From NCBI GenBank assembly GCA_963754925.1, contig CAVWHX010000005.1, positions 32,001-96,000 of the forward strand: a stretch of 64,000 bases of DNA, in the 5' to 3' direction. The stretch is from an uncultured delta proteobacterium. Its GTDB lineage: Bacteria > Myxococcota > B64-G9. The notes beneath the pieces were generated by a model. It was given only the letters and a program-made list of their open reading frames with translations. It had not been told where the DNA came from and did no database searches. The position numbers were made by a program, and so were the translations under genes. Each line of letters begins with the position of its first letter. The first letter of the stretch is position 1. This document shows, piece after piece, positions 1 through 10,743 of this stretch.

Positions 1-1932
1 TCGTCAAGTTCCAACGTCAAGCTGCCGGTATACATCGATTTTCCGGCGAGCGGCACCTGCTCGGTCGGACGGACGATGTGCGGCGAGGGCTGCGTTGATT
101 TGCTCAGCCACCCTCAGCACTGTGGGTCGTGTGGTAAGGCCTGTGATTCGGGCCAAGTGTGCGTGGGTGGCCAGTGCAGCGCACATTGCCCGCAGGACTT
201 CACGGTCTGCAATGGTCTGTGCGTGAACCTCAAAACGTCCACGCTGAACTGCGGGGCCTGCGGGACCGTCTGTTCGAATCCTCAAATCTGCGACAACGGC
301 ACCTGCGGCGCCTCGTGCGAAGCGAACTTGGTGCCCGCTCCGATCTTTACCAACGATGGCGTGACCTTGGGCTGCGTCAGTTTGCGTTCCAACTCGAATG
401 ACTGCGGCACGTTAGGCAACGTGTGCCTCAACGGCACTGCCTGCGCGAACGGGATGTGCAGTAACGCCTGCCTCTCGGGACCCAATTGCCAAGGCGCCTG
501 CTACGACCTGAGCTCCGATCCGAACCATTGCGGGACCTGCCACACGGCATGCCCGGCGGATCAGGTCTGCGTCAACGGCGCCTGCGTCGCCTCATGCCCG
601 ACCGGAACGACGCAGTGCGGTCATAGCTGCCTGGTGCTCGCGAATAACCCCAGCAACTGCGGCGCCTGTTTCAATGCCTGCCTCACCGGGCAAACCTGCG
701 TGAACGGGAACTGCACCACCGACTGTCCGCCGCTGCAAACCTACTGCGGCGGGGCCTGCGCCCTGTTGCTCTCTGACGTGAACAACTGCGGCACCTGCGA
801 TACGGTTTGTGATCCCACCCAGAGTTGCGTCGGCGGCCATTGTGTCTCTGCATGCGGCGTGGATCAGCAACGATGCGACGATCGCTGCGGCACGCGAGTG
901 GCATTTGGTCAATGTGGCACTTGTGGCACGGCTTGCCCCGCGGGGCAAGCCTGTTACGCCGCCACGTGCACGCCCACATGCCCGTCCGGGATGCAGATGC
1001 TCTATGGGGTATGCTACGCCACATTATCGGACAACAACAACTGCGGTACGATAGGCAACGTCTGTGACGCCAACACCACGTGCCTCAATGGAACCTGTGC
1101 TTCGATTACCTCATTACCAGGCGGCGATATTAAAGATTGCTCCAGCGGCCGTGCCGCCAACCTTGCCGACGATCCCACGAACTGCGGCACCTGCGGCCAC
1201 TCCTGTCAAGCGGGGGAGATCTGCGCGCAGGGTCAATGCCTGCCCGACTGCGGGACGTTGGACGCCTGCGGATCGGGATGCACCAACACGCGTTCCGACT
1301 TCTACAACTGCGGGACGTGCGGTCACGTGTGCGCGCTCGGCCAGGCCTGCATCTTGGGCCAGTGCACGCCGATTGATACCTTCATCGCGCCTTGGAGCGG
1401 CATCTACGCCGATTGCGGATCATATATCGCCGACCTCAAGTCCGACAGCAACAACTGCGGCAGCTGCCGGAACCAATGCGCCGAGGATCAGGTATGCGCC
1501 AACGGTTCCTGCGGGTCATCCTGTCTTGGCAGCCTCACCGCCTGTCCCCCGCTCGGATGTGTCAACACCAGCGATTCGCTATCCAATTGTGGGGTTTGCG
1601 GCAACATCTGCGACCCGGGGTGGGCCTGTATCACCGGCCAGTGCATGGACAATTGCGGGGGCCTATCAGCCCCCAATGACCGCAGATGTCCTGGGGTGTC
1701 TGGGGTGTGTGTCAATATTATGTATGATGACCGCAACTGTGGCGGCTGTGGGACGGTTTGCGCCCCGGGAACGATGTGTCGTGTCGGCACGTGCCAGGCA
1801 ACCTGCGAGGCGAATTATACCCAGTGCGATACCACGTGCGTCAACCTGAATTCGGACCCGAACAACTGCGGCGCCTGCGATAACCGCTGCGCCGTGGGCA
1901 AGGCGTGCACCACCTCGACCTGTCAGCCGTAA
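1..1932 (+). CDS. Large Cys-rich tandem-repeat secreted protein (MXAN_6577/Stig1-like 'SDxNNCGxCGxxC' repeats), 5'-truncated by the window
   Basis: Frame is open from base 1 (SSSSNVKLPVYIDFPASGTC...) through the 76..1932 ORF. About 15 repeats of roughly 39-45 aa with D/N-x-N-C-G-x-C-xxx-C...C-xx-G-x-C. Confidence 0.85.
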   Translation, partial: SSSSNVKLPVYIDFPASGTCSVGRTMCGEGCVDLLSHPQHCGSCGKACDSGQVCVGGQCSAHCPQDFTVCNGLCVNLKTSTLNCGACGTVCSNPQICDNGTCGASCEANLVPAPIFTNDGVTLGCVSLRSNSNDCGTLGNVCLNGTACANGMCSNACLSGPNCQGACYDLSSDPNHCGTCHTACPADQVCVNGACVASCPTGTTQCGHSCLVLANNPSNCGACFNACLTGQTCVNGNCTTDCPPLQTYCGGACALLLSDVNNCGTCDTVCDPTQSCVGGHCVSACGVDQQRCDDRCGTRVAFGQCGTCGTACPAGQACYAATCTPTCPSGMQMLYGVCYATLSDNNNCGTIGNVCDANTTCLNGTCASITSLPGGDIKDCSSGRAANLADDPTNCGTCGHSCQAGEICAQGQCLPDCGTLDACGSGCTNTRSDFYNCGTCGHVCALGQACILGQCTPIDTFIAPWSGIYADCGSYIADLKSDSNNCGSCRNQCAEDQVCANGSCGSSCLGSLTACPPLGCVNTSDSLSNCGVCGNICDPGWACITGQCMDNCGGLSAPNDRRCPGVSGVCVNIMYDDRNCGGCGTVCAPGTMCRVGTCQATCEANYTQCDTTCVNLNSDPNNCGACDNRCAVGKACTTSTCQP

Positions 1933-2013
1933 GCCACCTCAAGTCCATGGGAGAATAGTTCTTCCGAATACCCCGAAGGTATATCATTTTGATCGTCTTG
2001 CTACGTGCGCTCA

Positions 2014-2727
2014 TTACCGGCGTCGCGTCCATCGGGAGTTCTCGATCGCGCACTTAATCACACCCAAACCGTAAACCATGCTACGCCAAAAATTGATGGA
2101 CGAGGCCTCGGGGAAGTAGCGCGTCGGACAGGAAATCTCGCCGATGCGGAAACCGTTGCGGATTGCCTGGCAGAGCATCTGATTATCGAAGATAAAGTCG
2201 TCGGAGTTCTCATCGAGAGGCAGCCGCTCGAGTAATTCGCGCGAGAAGGCGCGGTAGCCGGTGTGGTACTCCGATAGCTTTTGACCCATCAAGAAATTCT
2301 GCAGCGCCGTCAGCAGCCGGTTGGCGACGTATTTGTAGCGTGGCATGCCACCGGCGATGGCGCTCTGCGCGAGAATCCGCGATCCGAGCACTACATCATA
2401 GTGGCCGCTCGCGATCATACAGCCCATCGCGCCGACCAGTTTGGGCGAGTACTGATAGTCAGGATGCAACATCACCACAATGTCGGCACCGAGTGAGAGC
2501 GCCTCTCGATAGCAGGTCTTCTGGTTTGCGCCGTAGCCGCGGTTCGTCTCGTGCACCACGGTTCGCAGGCCGAGCCTCCGCGCGACCGCAACGGTGTCGT
2601 CTTGTGATGCGTCGTCGACGCAGATGATCTCATCGACCTCCGAGGGGATCTCACGCACCGTCTGTTCGAGGGTCTTGGCCGCATGGTAGGCCGGCAGCAC
2701 GACAATGACCTTCTTGCCTTGGAACAT
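2014..2727 (-). CDS. Glycosyltransferase family 2 (polyprenol-phosphate glycosyltransferase, DPM1-like)
   Basis: VVLPAY, VDDASQD, NRGYGANQK, HPDYQY and GYRAFSR motifs. Confidence 0.9.
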   Translation of the reverse strand: MFQGKKVIVVLPAYHAAKTLEQTVREIPSEVDEIICVDDASQDDTVAVARRLGLRTVVHETNRGYGANQKTCYREALSLGADIVVMLHPDYQYSPKLVGAMGCMIASGHYDVVLGSRILAQSAIAGGMPRYKYVANRLLTALQNFLMGQKLSEYHTGYRAFSRELLERLPLDENSDDFIFDNQMLCQAIRNGFRIGEISCPTRYFPEASSINFWRSMVYGLGVIKCAIENSRWTRRR

Positions 2728-2729
2728 GG

Positions 2730-4331
2730 TCAGTGTTTCCTTCGGTAAATGACATTCTGGCCGACCACCGCCTCGCGCACGTAGTGAGCCGAGACATAGT
2801 CATACAGCAGTGGATAGCGCTCGATCGGGTATCGTCGCCAGTGAGGCTGGTTGCCCGGTGCCGTGTCGATAATAAGCTCGGCACGATGCTCTTCAAGATC
2901 ACGCACAAGCGTCGGGAACCCATCGGGAACACCCAGCCGGTCCTCAACCTCTGGTGGCAGGCTCTGTCCCAACCCGATAGCCGCGTATCCGGTGAGGTAG
3001 TTGCACGTCAAGTATCGCGTGGCCGCAAGGCGGTCGGATGCGACATAGATGAGCGGGGAGTGGCCCCAGACGAAAATGCGATCGGTCGGGCGCGTGTGCT
3101 CCTTCACATAGCATTCGACGTCGTCATACGGCAGTCGCGTGTCGCTGAAGAGTTTTTCCGCTGCATCGAAGTTAAGTGCCAAGATGAAGCATACCATGGC
3201 GGGCACGATGGTCCCGAGCACCATGAGCCTCGTCGACCAGCGGCGCCAACTGAGATCGAGTGACGCGGCGGCTATCCCCGCGAGCCCGGAAAGCGGTGTC
3301 ACGAGGGCAGGGAAGTAGTGGTCGAAGAAGCGTCCGCCGAGCAATGTTCCCGCGAATGCCGCGATCGACCAGGTCGCAAGCAGCGACACAACGACCGTCG
3401 AATCTACGTCTTTGCGCGTGCAGGTCACAACGGCGCGCAGGGCGAGGACCAAAAGTACGATGCAGGCGGCGCCCCACAGACCATAGGCCACGGCGAACCG
3501 CCCGAGCCAGGAGAAGGTGGCGAAGCCAGTCGGGATATAGGTGAGCGTCGTCCATTGGAAGGTCCAATAGACGAGATCGTCCCAGACGCCGAGATGCTTG
3601 AAGTAGAGCGCCACGAGCCCCCAGATCGTAGCGAAGCCAGCAGTTATCGCTGCGGAGAGCTTCATTCCTGGCAGGACGGCCTTCCCTCCAAGGGACAGCG
3701 GTCGCACCACGACAAGCCAGGCAAGCGCCGCCAAGAAGAGAGAAACCGCGGTTGGTTTGATGAGCGTTGCAAGGGCGCACAGACTCCCCGCAGCGAAGCT
3801 CATGAGGAGTTGCGCGACGGTGCGCCGGTCCTGCATGGTCAGCAGCAATGCCGCCGCCGCTGCCAGCGGCAGCGAGAAGAGCAGTTCGCACTGCGTGGCG
3901 AGCACCTTGGGATCCTGAACGGTGACAAAGACGTAATAGAACAGCGCAGCCAAGAGCGCCGCCCTTGGCCCCGCGGCGCGCCTCGCACAGAGCGCAAGGA
4001 ACAGACCGGTTGCCAAAACCCACAGGATGGTCAGGGCGTGCAGCCCCTGCATCTGGTAACGCCCGACAAGGGCGAAGCCAGCCTGATAGAGAAAAAAGAT
4101 ACCCGGTGGCTTGCTCTCGACACCCGCATGGTAGGGGAGTTCGCCCTCGTGCATGGCTGCGGCGGCTGTCGCGTAAAGCGCTTCATCTTCGTTGAGGATG
4201 GAAATACGCACCGCCGGCAGGCGCAAAACGATTCCCACCACCATCACGAGGGCGATCAGAAAGAGCCATCGGCTCATGGGCGCTTGCGATTTGGGCATGG
4301 GAGAGACTGGGTTGTGTTCATCTTCCTTCAC
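2730..4331 (-). CDS. ArnT/PMT-like GT-C membrane glycosyltransferase
   Basis: First TM helix followed by DEALY...ELPY...ESKPPG, many TM helices, HYF motif and a C-terminal IFVWG periplasmic domain. Directly upstream of the GT2 gene. Confidence 0.8.
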   Translation of the reverse strand: MKEDEHNPVSPMPKSQAPMSRWLFLIALVMVVGIVLRLPAVRISILNEDEALYATAAAAMHEGELPYHAGVESKPPGIFFLYQAGFALVGRYQMQGLHALTILWVLATGLFLALCARRAAGPRAALLAALFYYVFVTVQDPKVLATQCELLFSLPLAAAAALLLTMQDRRTVAQLLMSFAAGSLCALATLIKPTAVSLFLAALAWLVVVRPLSLGGKAVLPGMKLSAAITAGFATIWGLVALYFKHLGVWDDLVYWTFQWTTLTYIPTGFATFSWLGRFAVAYGLWGAACIVLLVLALRAVVTCTRKDVDSTVVVSLLATWSIAAFAGTLLGGRFFDHYFPALVTPLSGLAGIAAASLDLSWRRWSTRLMVLGTIVPAMVCFILALNFDAAEKLFSDTRLPYDDVECYVKEHTRPTDRIFVWGHSPLIYVASDRLAATRYLTCNYLTGYAAIGLGQSLPPEVEDRLGVPDGFPTLVRDLEEHRAELIIDTAPGNQPHWRRYPIERYPLLYDYVSAHYVREAVVGQNVIYRRKH

Positions 4332-4502
4332 TCATTCGCTTCTTTGGTTTTTCGTAGCATGTTCTCAATCGAAGTTTAAATTACCCCTCAACTCATTTTA
4401 GGTCAATGATTGGGAAAAACTTTTTCGAGGTGGCGAGGCATAGGTAACACCCACACAGAGAAACGCATGCCACCGGCAGGCGGCATCTCGGTCAAGGGTT
4501 GG

Positions 4503-4628
4503 GAAAATTCTGTGCTTGACTCGGAACCTGGTTGTTACTATACACGTCAGCAGATCCTAACGAAGGGACGATTTCAATCCCAACCGTGTAAAGCCATAAT
4601 GGTATGGGCCGGGGGCATTCGTATCCAT
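4503..4628 (+). repeat. Conserved ~125-bp promoter/leader element, copy 1 (upstream of the acyl-CoA ligase)
   Basis: Colinear similarity to 10744-10868 (GAAAATT...TGACTC..AACCTGGTTG.TACTAT...ATCCTAACG.AGGG...AATCCCA...GTGTAAAGCCAT.ATGGTAT...GGGGCATTCGT.TCCAT). Contains an extended -10-like TGnTACTAT. Confidence 0.8.
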
Positions 4629-4760
4629 GTAGTTCAACACCCATGCTCTGAACCGGGAAGGATGTGGCGTCAAAAGCCCGGTGGGCAATTTGCGCGGAAG
4701 ATGACGATACCTGTTATGCGGAAACCAGTGGTTTCAGGCACAGTTCCTTAAGGAGGCGCC

Positions 4761-6467
4761 ATGTCGAATACGAGTACCTACGCAGACAAACTGTGGCTTA
4801 ACCATTATGACCAAGGGGTTCCTAAAAGCATAACCTACGAGAATGTCTGCTTGCCCGAGTATCTTGAACGCTCGGCAAAGGAATTTCCGAATAACACGGC
4901 GCTCTCTTTTCAAGGATTCCATCTTTCCTATCGCCAACTCAAAGACATGATGGATCGCATGGCGACCTGCCTGACCGATTTCGGCATCAAGAAAGGAGAT
5001 CGGGTTGCGATACTCTTACCGAATTTAATTCCCTGTGTGGCGGCGTATTATGCCGCCCTAAAAATCGGCGGCATTGTTGTTATGAACAATCCGATGTATT
5101 CCGACAAGGAACTCGACCACCAATTCAACAATTCCGATTCCAAAGTTCTCATCACGCTCGATCTTCTGGCCAATAGGATGATCGATCTCAGGCCCAAGAC
5201 TCATATCAAGCAAATCATTTATACCTCGATTGGTGACTATCTCCCATTTCCTAAAAGCGTGCTCTTTCCGCTCGTTGCAAAGAAAAAGAAGTTGGCGGCC
5301 GATGTGAAAGCCGCACCCGATGTTTATAAATGGAAGGATATGGTTGCTAAAAACCAGCCGAAACCGCCGCACGTCAAACTCGCCTTCGACGACATCGCGC
5401 AGTTGCAGTACACCGGAGGAACCACGGGAGTATCAAAGGGCGTCGTGCTTACGCATGCGAACTTAAGCAAACAGGTTCAGCAGATCAATGCGTGGTTCCC
5501 GGAATTAAACAAGAATAGGGGCAAGGAAAAATTTCTTGGAGCGCTTCCGTTTTTCCATGTATTCGGTCTTTCCTGTTGCATGAATTATGTAATATTCACG
5601 GGAAATGAAGATATCCTTATTCCACGGCCCCAGCCGGATCCGCTCGTTGAGGCGCTTATCAAGGACAAGCCCACCTTCGCCATGCTGGTGCCGACCATGT
5701 TTATGGGAATCCTGAACCATCCCAAGATAAAAGAAATTGACTTGAGTAGCATCAAAGGTTGTTTTTCCGGCAGCGCGCCGCTGCCCCTCGAAGTCATAAA
5801 AGCGTGGGAGTCAAAGACTGGTTCGGTGATATGTGAAGGATTTGGTATGACCGAGTCCTGCCCGGTCACTCACATAAACCCCTTTGCTGGCAATAGAAAA
5901 CCGGGGAGCATCGGACTGCCGATACCGGACACGGAAAGCCGGATCGTTGATATTGAAGGGCGTGACAAGGATATGCCCATTGGTGAAACTGGCGAGTTGT
6001 TAGTCAGAGGTCCGCAGGTGATGCGGGAGTACTGGAACATGCCGCAAGAGACGGCGCAGACGTTAAAAGGCGGATGGCTCCATACCGGCGACATCGCTAA
6101 AATGGATGAAGAAGGGTATTTTTATATCGTCGACCGGCTGAAGGACATGATTATTTCCGGTGGCTTTAATGTGTATCCTCGCGAGATCGATGAGGTGTTC
6201 TACGAGAACCCGAAAGTCGAAGAGGCGTGCGCCATAGGCATTCCGCATAAAACCCGCGGAGAGGCAATCAAGGTTTTTGTGGTATTGAGGAAGGGCCAGA
6301 CGGCCACGGTCGACGAACTCATGGATTACTGCAAGCAGAAACTTGCCACCTACAAGCTGCCCGTTGCGATTGAATTTCGGGATCAACTGCCGAAGAGCAC
6401 GGTCGGTAAAGTATTGCGAAAAGAACTCCGCGTCGAGGAGATGAAAAAAATTCAGAAACAAAGCTAA
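4761..6467 (+). CDS. fadD: Long-chain-fatty-acid--CoA ligase
   Basis: LQYTGGTTGVSKG AMP-binding motif, EGFGMTE, GWLHTGD, DRLKDMII and LPKSTVGK. RBS AAGGAGG. Confidence 0.93.
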   Translation: MSNTSTYADKLWLNHYDQGVPKSITYENVCLPEYLERSAKEFPNNTALSFQGFHLSYRQLKDMMDRMATCLTDFGIKKGDRVAILLPNLIPCVAAYYAALKIGGIVVMNNPMYSDKELDHQFNNSDSKVLITLDLLANRMIDLRPKTHIKQIIYTSIGDYLPFPKSVLFPLVAKKKKLAADVKAAPDVYKWKDMVAKNQPKPPHVKLAFDDIAQLQYTGGTTGVSKGVVLTHANLSKQVQQINAWFPELNKNRGKEKFLGALPFFHVFGLSCCMNYVIFTGNEDILIPRPQPDPLVEALIKDKPTFAMLVPTMFMGILNHPKIKEIDLSSIKGCFSGSAPLPLEVIKAWESKTGSVICEGFGMTESCPVTHINPFAGNRKPGSIGLPIPDTESRIVDIEGRDKDMPIGETGELLVRGPQVMREYWNMPQETAQTLKGGWLHTGDIAKMDEEGYFYIVDRLKDMIISGGFNVYPREIDEVFYENPKVEEACAIGIPHKTRGEAIKVFVVLRKGQTATVDELMDYCKQKLATYKLPVAIEFRDQLPKSTVGKVLRKELRVEEMKKIQKQS

Positions 6468-6689
6468 TGACGCTGATAAGAAACAAGAAGACACCTGGGG
6501 ACCTAATATATTGAGTAGGGTAGTGCAGGTGATACGAAAAATGATTTGTTCTCAATAGGGACGGGATTTGGCGAACGACACCTGGCGGACAGCCAGGGCG
6601 GGCGCTTGATTGACACTAACCTCATAGTTGCTTAAACTAAAAATATAAATAGGTTACAACGAAACGAGCAGCGGAAGGATGTTACTATC

Positions 6690-7160
6690 ATGAAAAAGAT
6701 TTCAATTTCATCTTTGTTTTGTATGTGCATGGTTATCGCGATGCTTATGAAACCGGAGCTGGCTCGGGCGGCGCTAGGCGAACCGGTCGATTCGGTGGCC
6801 ACCGACCGTGTGGCCCTCAAGGCCGTGCAGGGCGAGACCGTCGTCCGCAGCAGCTATTCGGTCCAAGAACTTAAGTCCAATTTGATTTCGCTGCGGGAGT
6901 ACCTCACGTCTTCCGGCGTCGTATTCGCGATAACCTGGAAGGGACTCACCCACCCGGATCTCACGCCGCTCCTCGGCTCTTTCGCCAAAGAATATGCCGA
7001 GGGCCTACGTAACACTCCCCACGAGCGGGGTCGCAGGAGCAGCCAAATCAAGACGGAGCACATCGTCGTCGAGAAATGGGGGCATATGCGCAACCTACAA
7101 GGACGGGCTTACCTCAAGGCGCTCGTACCTCCGGGGATCAAAATCGATGAAATTAACTAG
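6690..7160 (+). CDS. DUF2844 family secreted protein
   Basis: Signal peptide ending ARAALG, then REY...GVVFAITWKG..HPDL..LLGSF, GHMRNLQGRAYL...PPG. Sits in the usual position upstream of a DUF3443 gene. Confidence 0.8.
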   Translation: MKKISISSLFCMCMVIAMLMKPELARAALGEPVDSVATDRVALKAVQGETVVRSSYSVQELKSNLISLREYLTSSGVVFAITWKGLTHPDLTPLLGSFAKEYAEGLRNTPHERGRRSSQIKTEHIVVEKWGHMRNLQGRAYLKALVPPGIKIDEIN

Positions 7161-9314
7161 CGGCACGATTTGGTTGGCCCTCCTGGCATTACTCGCCGGA
7201 TGCGGCAGTTCATCCAAGGGGGCGCATACGTACAGCATCTCGGGGACGGTGAGTGGCGCGACCGCAGCAGGGGTCAGGGTTGTGCTCATTGGGGCAGCGA
7301 CGGTTTCCACGAGCACCGACGGGAGCGGCAACTACAGCTTCAGCGGGCTTTCGAACGGCGTCTATACGGTCGCGCCGAGCAAGAGCGGCTTCACCTTCAC
7401 CCCGGCGAGCATCGCCGTCACGGTGAGCGGTGCGGACGTCACGGGGCGGAACTTCACGGGGACCGCTGAGGGGAATACGTACAGCATCTCGGGCACGGTG
7501 AGCGGCGCGACGGCATCAGGGGTCACAGTCACGCTCACCGGATCAGCGACGGCTTCCACGAGCACCGACGGGAGCGGCAACTACAGCTTTAGCGGGCTTC
7601 CGAACGGCGTCTATATTGTCACGCCGAGTGAGAGCGGCTACACCTTCTCTCCTATGAGCAGCGTCGTCACGGTGAACGGCGCGAACGTCACGGGGCGGAA
7701 CTTCACCGTGACCGCTGCGCCGAATACGTACAGCATCTCGGGGACGGTGAGCGGCGCGACCGCAGCCGGGGTCAGGGTCGCGCTCACTGGGGCAGCCGCG
7801 GCCTCCACGAGCACCGACGGGAGCGGCAACTACAGCTTCAGCGGGCTTTTGAACGGTGACTATACGATTACGCCGGACAAGAGCGGCTACACCTTCTCCC
7901 CGGCGAGCATCCCGGTCACGGTGAGCGACGCGAACCTCACGGGGCAGAACTTCACGTCGACCGCCGCGCCGAATACCTACAGCATCTCCGGGACGGTGAG
8001 CGGCGCAACCGCAGCAGGGGTCACGCTCGCGCTCACCGGGGCGGCGACGGCCTCCACGAGCACCGACGGGAACGGCGCCTACAGCTTTAGCGGGCTTTCG
8101 AACGGCGGCTATACGGTCACGCCGAGCGAGAGCGGCTACACCTTCTCCCCGGCGAGCATCACCGTCACGGTAAGCGGCGCGGACGTCACGGGGCGGAACT
8201 TCACGGCGACCGCCAATAACGTGATGCCGGTCACGGTGAATGGTTCGCTTTGCAGCAGCAATTCCTACTTCAACAAGCCGTGCGTCAGCGTGACGATCTG
8301 TGAGCCCGGCACATCGAACTGCCAGGAGATCACCGATATTCTTCTGGACACCGGAAGCTTCGGGCTGAGGATCTTCAAGCAGCTTGTGTCCGTTTCCCTC
8401 ACCTCGGAGTCTATCGACGGCGCGCTCGGCGAGTGCCAGGTGTTCGCGGATGGTTCGTCCGAATGGGGGCCGGTTGAGGTGGCGAGCGTTATTCTCGGAA
8501 ACGAACCCGCCGTTCACGTGCCCATCCAGATCATCGACTCATCGTTCGGAACACGTCCGGGTCAATGCGGCAACGCCGACACGTCCCCGGCTGACGCCGG
8601 ATTAACGGAATCCTGGGGGTGGGGTTTCTTGCCCAGGACTGTGGTTCGCTTTGTGAGGAGTCCTCCTATAATAACATTTATTACGCCTGCCTCGGATCGA
8701 ATTGTGTGGGCGCCGCGGTCCCCCTATTCTTACAAGTCCAGAATCCGGTGGCGCTCCTCCCCAAGGACAATAACGGTGTCCTGGTGCAACTCCCCGCTAT
8801 TCCTGCTGTTGGGGCTCCCTCGGTCAACGGCTCCCTCATCCTGGGCATCGGCACCCAGGCTAACAACGTACCGTCGGGAGTATCCATCTACGATATCAAC
8901 CCGAATGTTGAGAGCCTGAACTGGATGCCTATCACCACGACGTTTGAAGACATTCAGGGCGCCGGATTTCTCGACACCGGGTCTAACGCACTATACTTTT
9001 CCGATCTCGAAGATCAGCTTCCGGTGTGTCCCTTGCCCTATTCTTCTTCCTACCCTTGGTTCTGTCCTCTGTCAGCGAAGACGTTATCCGCCACGAACAC
9101 CGGCTTTGGCGCCTCAGCGATCGGCCTGGTGTCCTTTACCATCAGCAGCTTCGCCACCTTCTTTAATTCTGGCAACAACGTGTCCGCCCAGGTCGGAGGA
9201 TCAGCGAAGCAAGGATTCGATTGGGGGCTGCCGTTCTTTTTCGGACGCCCGGTCTATGTCGGCATCGAGGGAATGAAATCCAGCCTCGGTCAAGGTCCCT
9301 TCTGGGCGTACTAG
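7147..9314 (+). pseudogene. DUF3443 family (pepsin-like aspartyl protease fold) lipoprotein with 4 N-terminal Ig/carboxypeptidase-regulatory-like repeats, 1-nt frameshift near 8602
   Basis: ATG 7147 with lipobox LAGC and two DTGS motifs (LLDTGSFGLR, FLDTGSNA) split over ORFs 6994..8919 and 8619..9314. Adding one base in GGA-TT-AAC restores AGFNGILGVGF. Could be a sequencing error. Confidence 0.8.
7228..8214 (+). repeat. Four tandem 249-bp coding repeats (83 aa: TYSISGTVSG...TDGSGNYSFSGL..G.Y...P..SG.TFSP...)
   Basis: Repeat starts at 7228, 7477, 7726 and 7975. Confidence 0.95.
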
Positions 9315-9515
9315 GGCATGACAGCCGCCACTATGGTTGACGCCGCATCGATGACTCCCAGGATAAACCCGCCTCCGATGGTGCCTATCAAGGTTTCCAT
9401 TCCACCCAATACTGCCGCCGCAAAACCCTTGAGCAGCGGTGCCAGCATTATATTGCGGTCGAGGGAGGTGCTGGTGCCCGGAACCAAGAGCGAGCGCACC
9501 GAGCGCTAGCAGCAT
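9315..9515 (-). pseudogene. Internal fragment of a branched-chain amino acid ABC permease (LivH-like)
   Basis: LLKGFAAAVLGGMETLIGTIGGGFILGVID matches the LivH C-terminal motif. No intact start or end. Confidence 0.7.
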
Positions 9516-9543
9516 CCTCAGAGCGTCTTACATTGTTGTTCCT

Positions 9544-10395
9544 TCATCGGTACAGCTCCGCGCTCGCGAGTACGGAACCATTATTCTGTCCTCCCGCTAT
9601 GAGTACCTTTCCGTCGGGCAGCAGCGTCGCCGTGTGTGCGTACCGCGAAGTCGTCAAGCTACCAGTGGTCGTGAACGTTCCCGAAACCGGGTCGTACAGC
9701 TCCCCGCTCGCTAGGGAGTCGTCTAAGCCCGAGGTCCCAGCCCCTCCCGCGATGAGCACCTTCCCGCTGGGCAGCAGCGTCGCCGTGTTCCATCTCCGCC
9801 CCGTTGCCATGCTCCCTGTGACCGCAAATGTCCCCGTAACCGGGTCGTACAGCTCCGCGCTCGCGAGGGCGGGGTTGGTAAATCCTCCTCCATCACCTCC
9901 CGCGATGAGCACCTTCCCGCCGCGCAGCAGCGTCGCCGTGTAATTACCCCGAACCGTCGTCATGCTCCCCGTGGCCGCAAACGTCCCCGCAACCGGGTCG
10001 TACAGCTCCGCGGGGGCGCCTCCCGCGAGGAGCACCTTCCCGCTGGGCAATAGCGTCGCCGTGCCCTGCGCCGTCGTCATGCTCCCCGTGGCCGTGAAAG
10101 CTCCCGCGTCCGGGTCGTACAGCTCCGCGCTCGTGAGCCACTCGCCCGAGTTCCCAGCCCCGCCTACAATGAGTACTTTCCCGCCGGGTAGAAGTGTCGC
10201 CGTGTGATCCGCCCGCGCTGTCGTCATACTCCCCGTGGTGGTGAACGTTCCCGACGAAGAGCCGCAATCCCCGTTCCCGAACACGCCGCAATCCATGTTC
10301 CCAAGCATGCCGCAATGCATGTTCCCGAGTGCCAGGCCCACCGTCAAGACGATGGGGAGTAGCGCCATTGAGCCAATCCTTCTCTCTTTTTTCAT
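9544..10395 (-). CDS. Kelch/galactose-oxidase-like repeat secreted protein
   Basis: Five repeats of TGSM..AR..HTATLL..GKVLIAGG....LASAELYDP. N-terminal signal and GGAGG RBS. Confidence 0.88.
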   Translation of the reverse strand: MKKERRIGSMALLPIVLTVGLALGNMHCGMLGNMDCGVFGNGDCGSSSGTFTTTGSMTTARADHTATLLPGGKVLIVGGAGNSGEWLTSAELYDPDAGAFTATGSMTTAQGTATLLPSGKVLLAGGAPAELYDPVAGTFAATGSMTTVRGNYTATLLRGGKVLIAGGDGGGFTNPALASAELYDPVTGTFAVTGSMATGRRWNTATLLPSGKVLIAGGAGTSGLDDSLASGELYDPVSGTFTTTGSLTTSRYAHTATLLPDGKVLIAGGQNNGSVLASAELYR

Positions 10396-10743
10396 GGCAT
10401 CCCTCCTGGTCTAAGTTTTGGACAAACGGACGGGCAATCAGTTTTGTCGATGCCCAAATCCAGTACGATCGTCCTGTTCGACAAAGTTCACATAGCTCAC
10501 ACCTCGTCAGTTCCGAGGATGTACGAGATGATTTGGCTTGTATCGAAGTGGTGCGCGAGCGTTAATTGACTCTAACGCTTATTTTGAAGATCACACAAAT
10601 ACAGCCTGTATGTAATGGTAGAATAAAATACTTTATCGTCCCAATGTCAATGGAAAAATGCGCAGAGATATCCCTTACAGGACGGTCGATAATTCTCCGT
10701 CAACCTAAAGGGTTGACTTGCTATAACGACTCGGCATCCGCAC

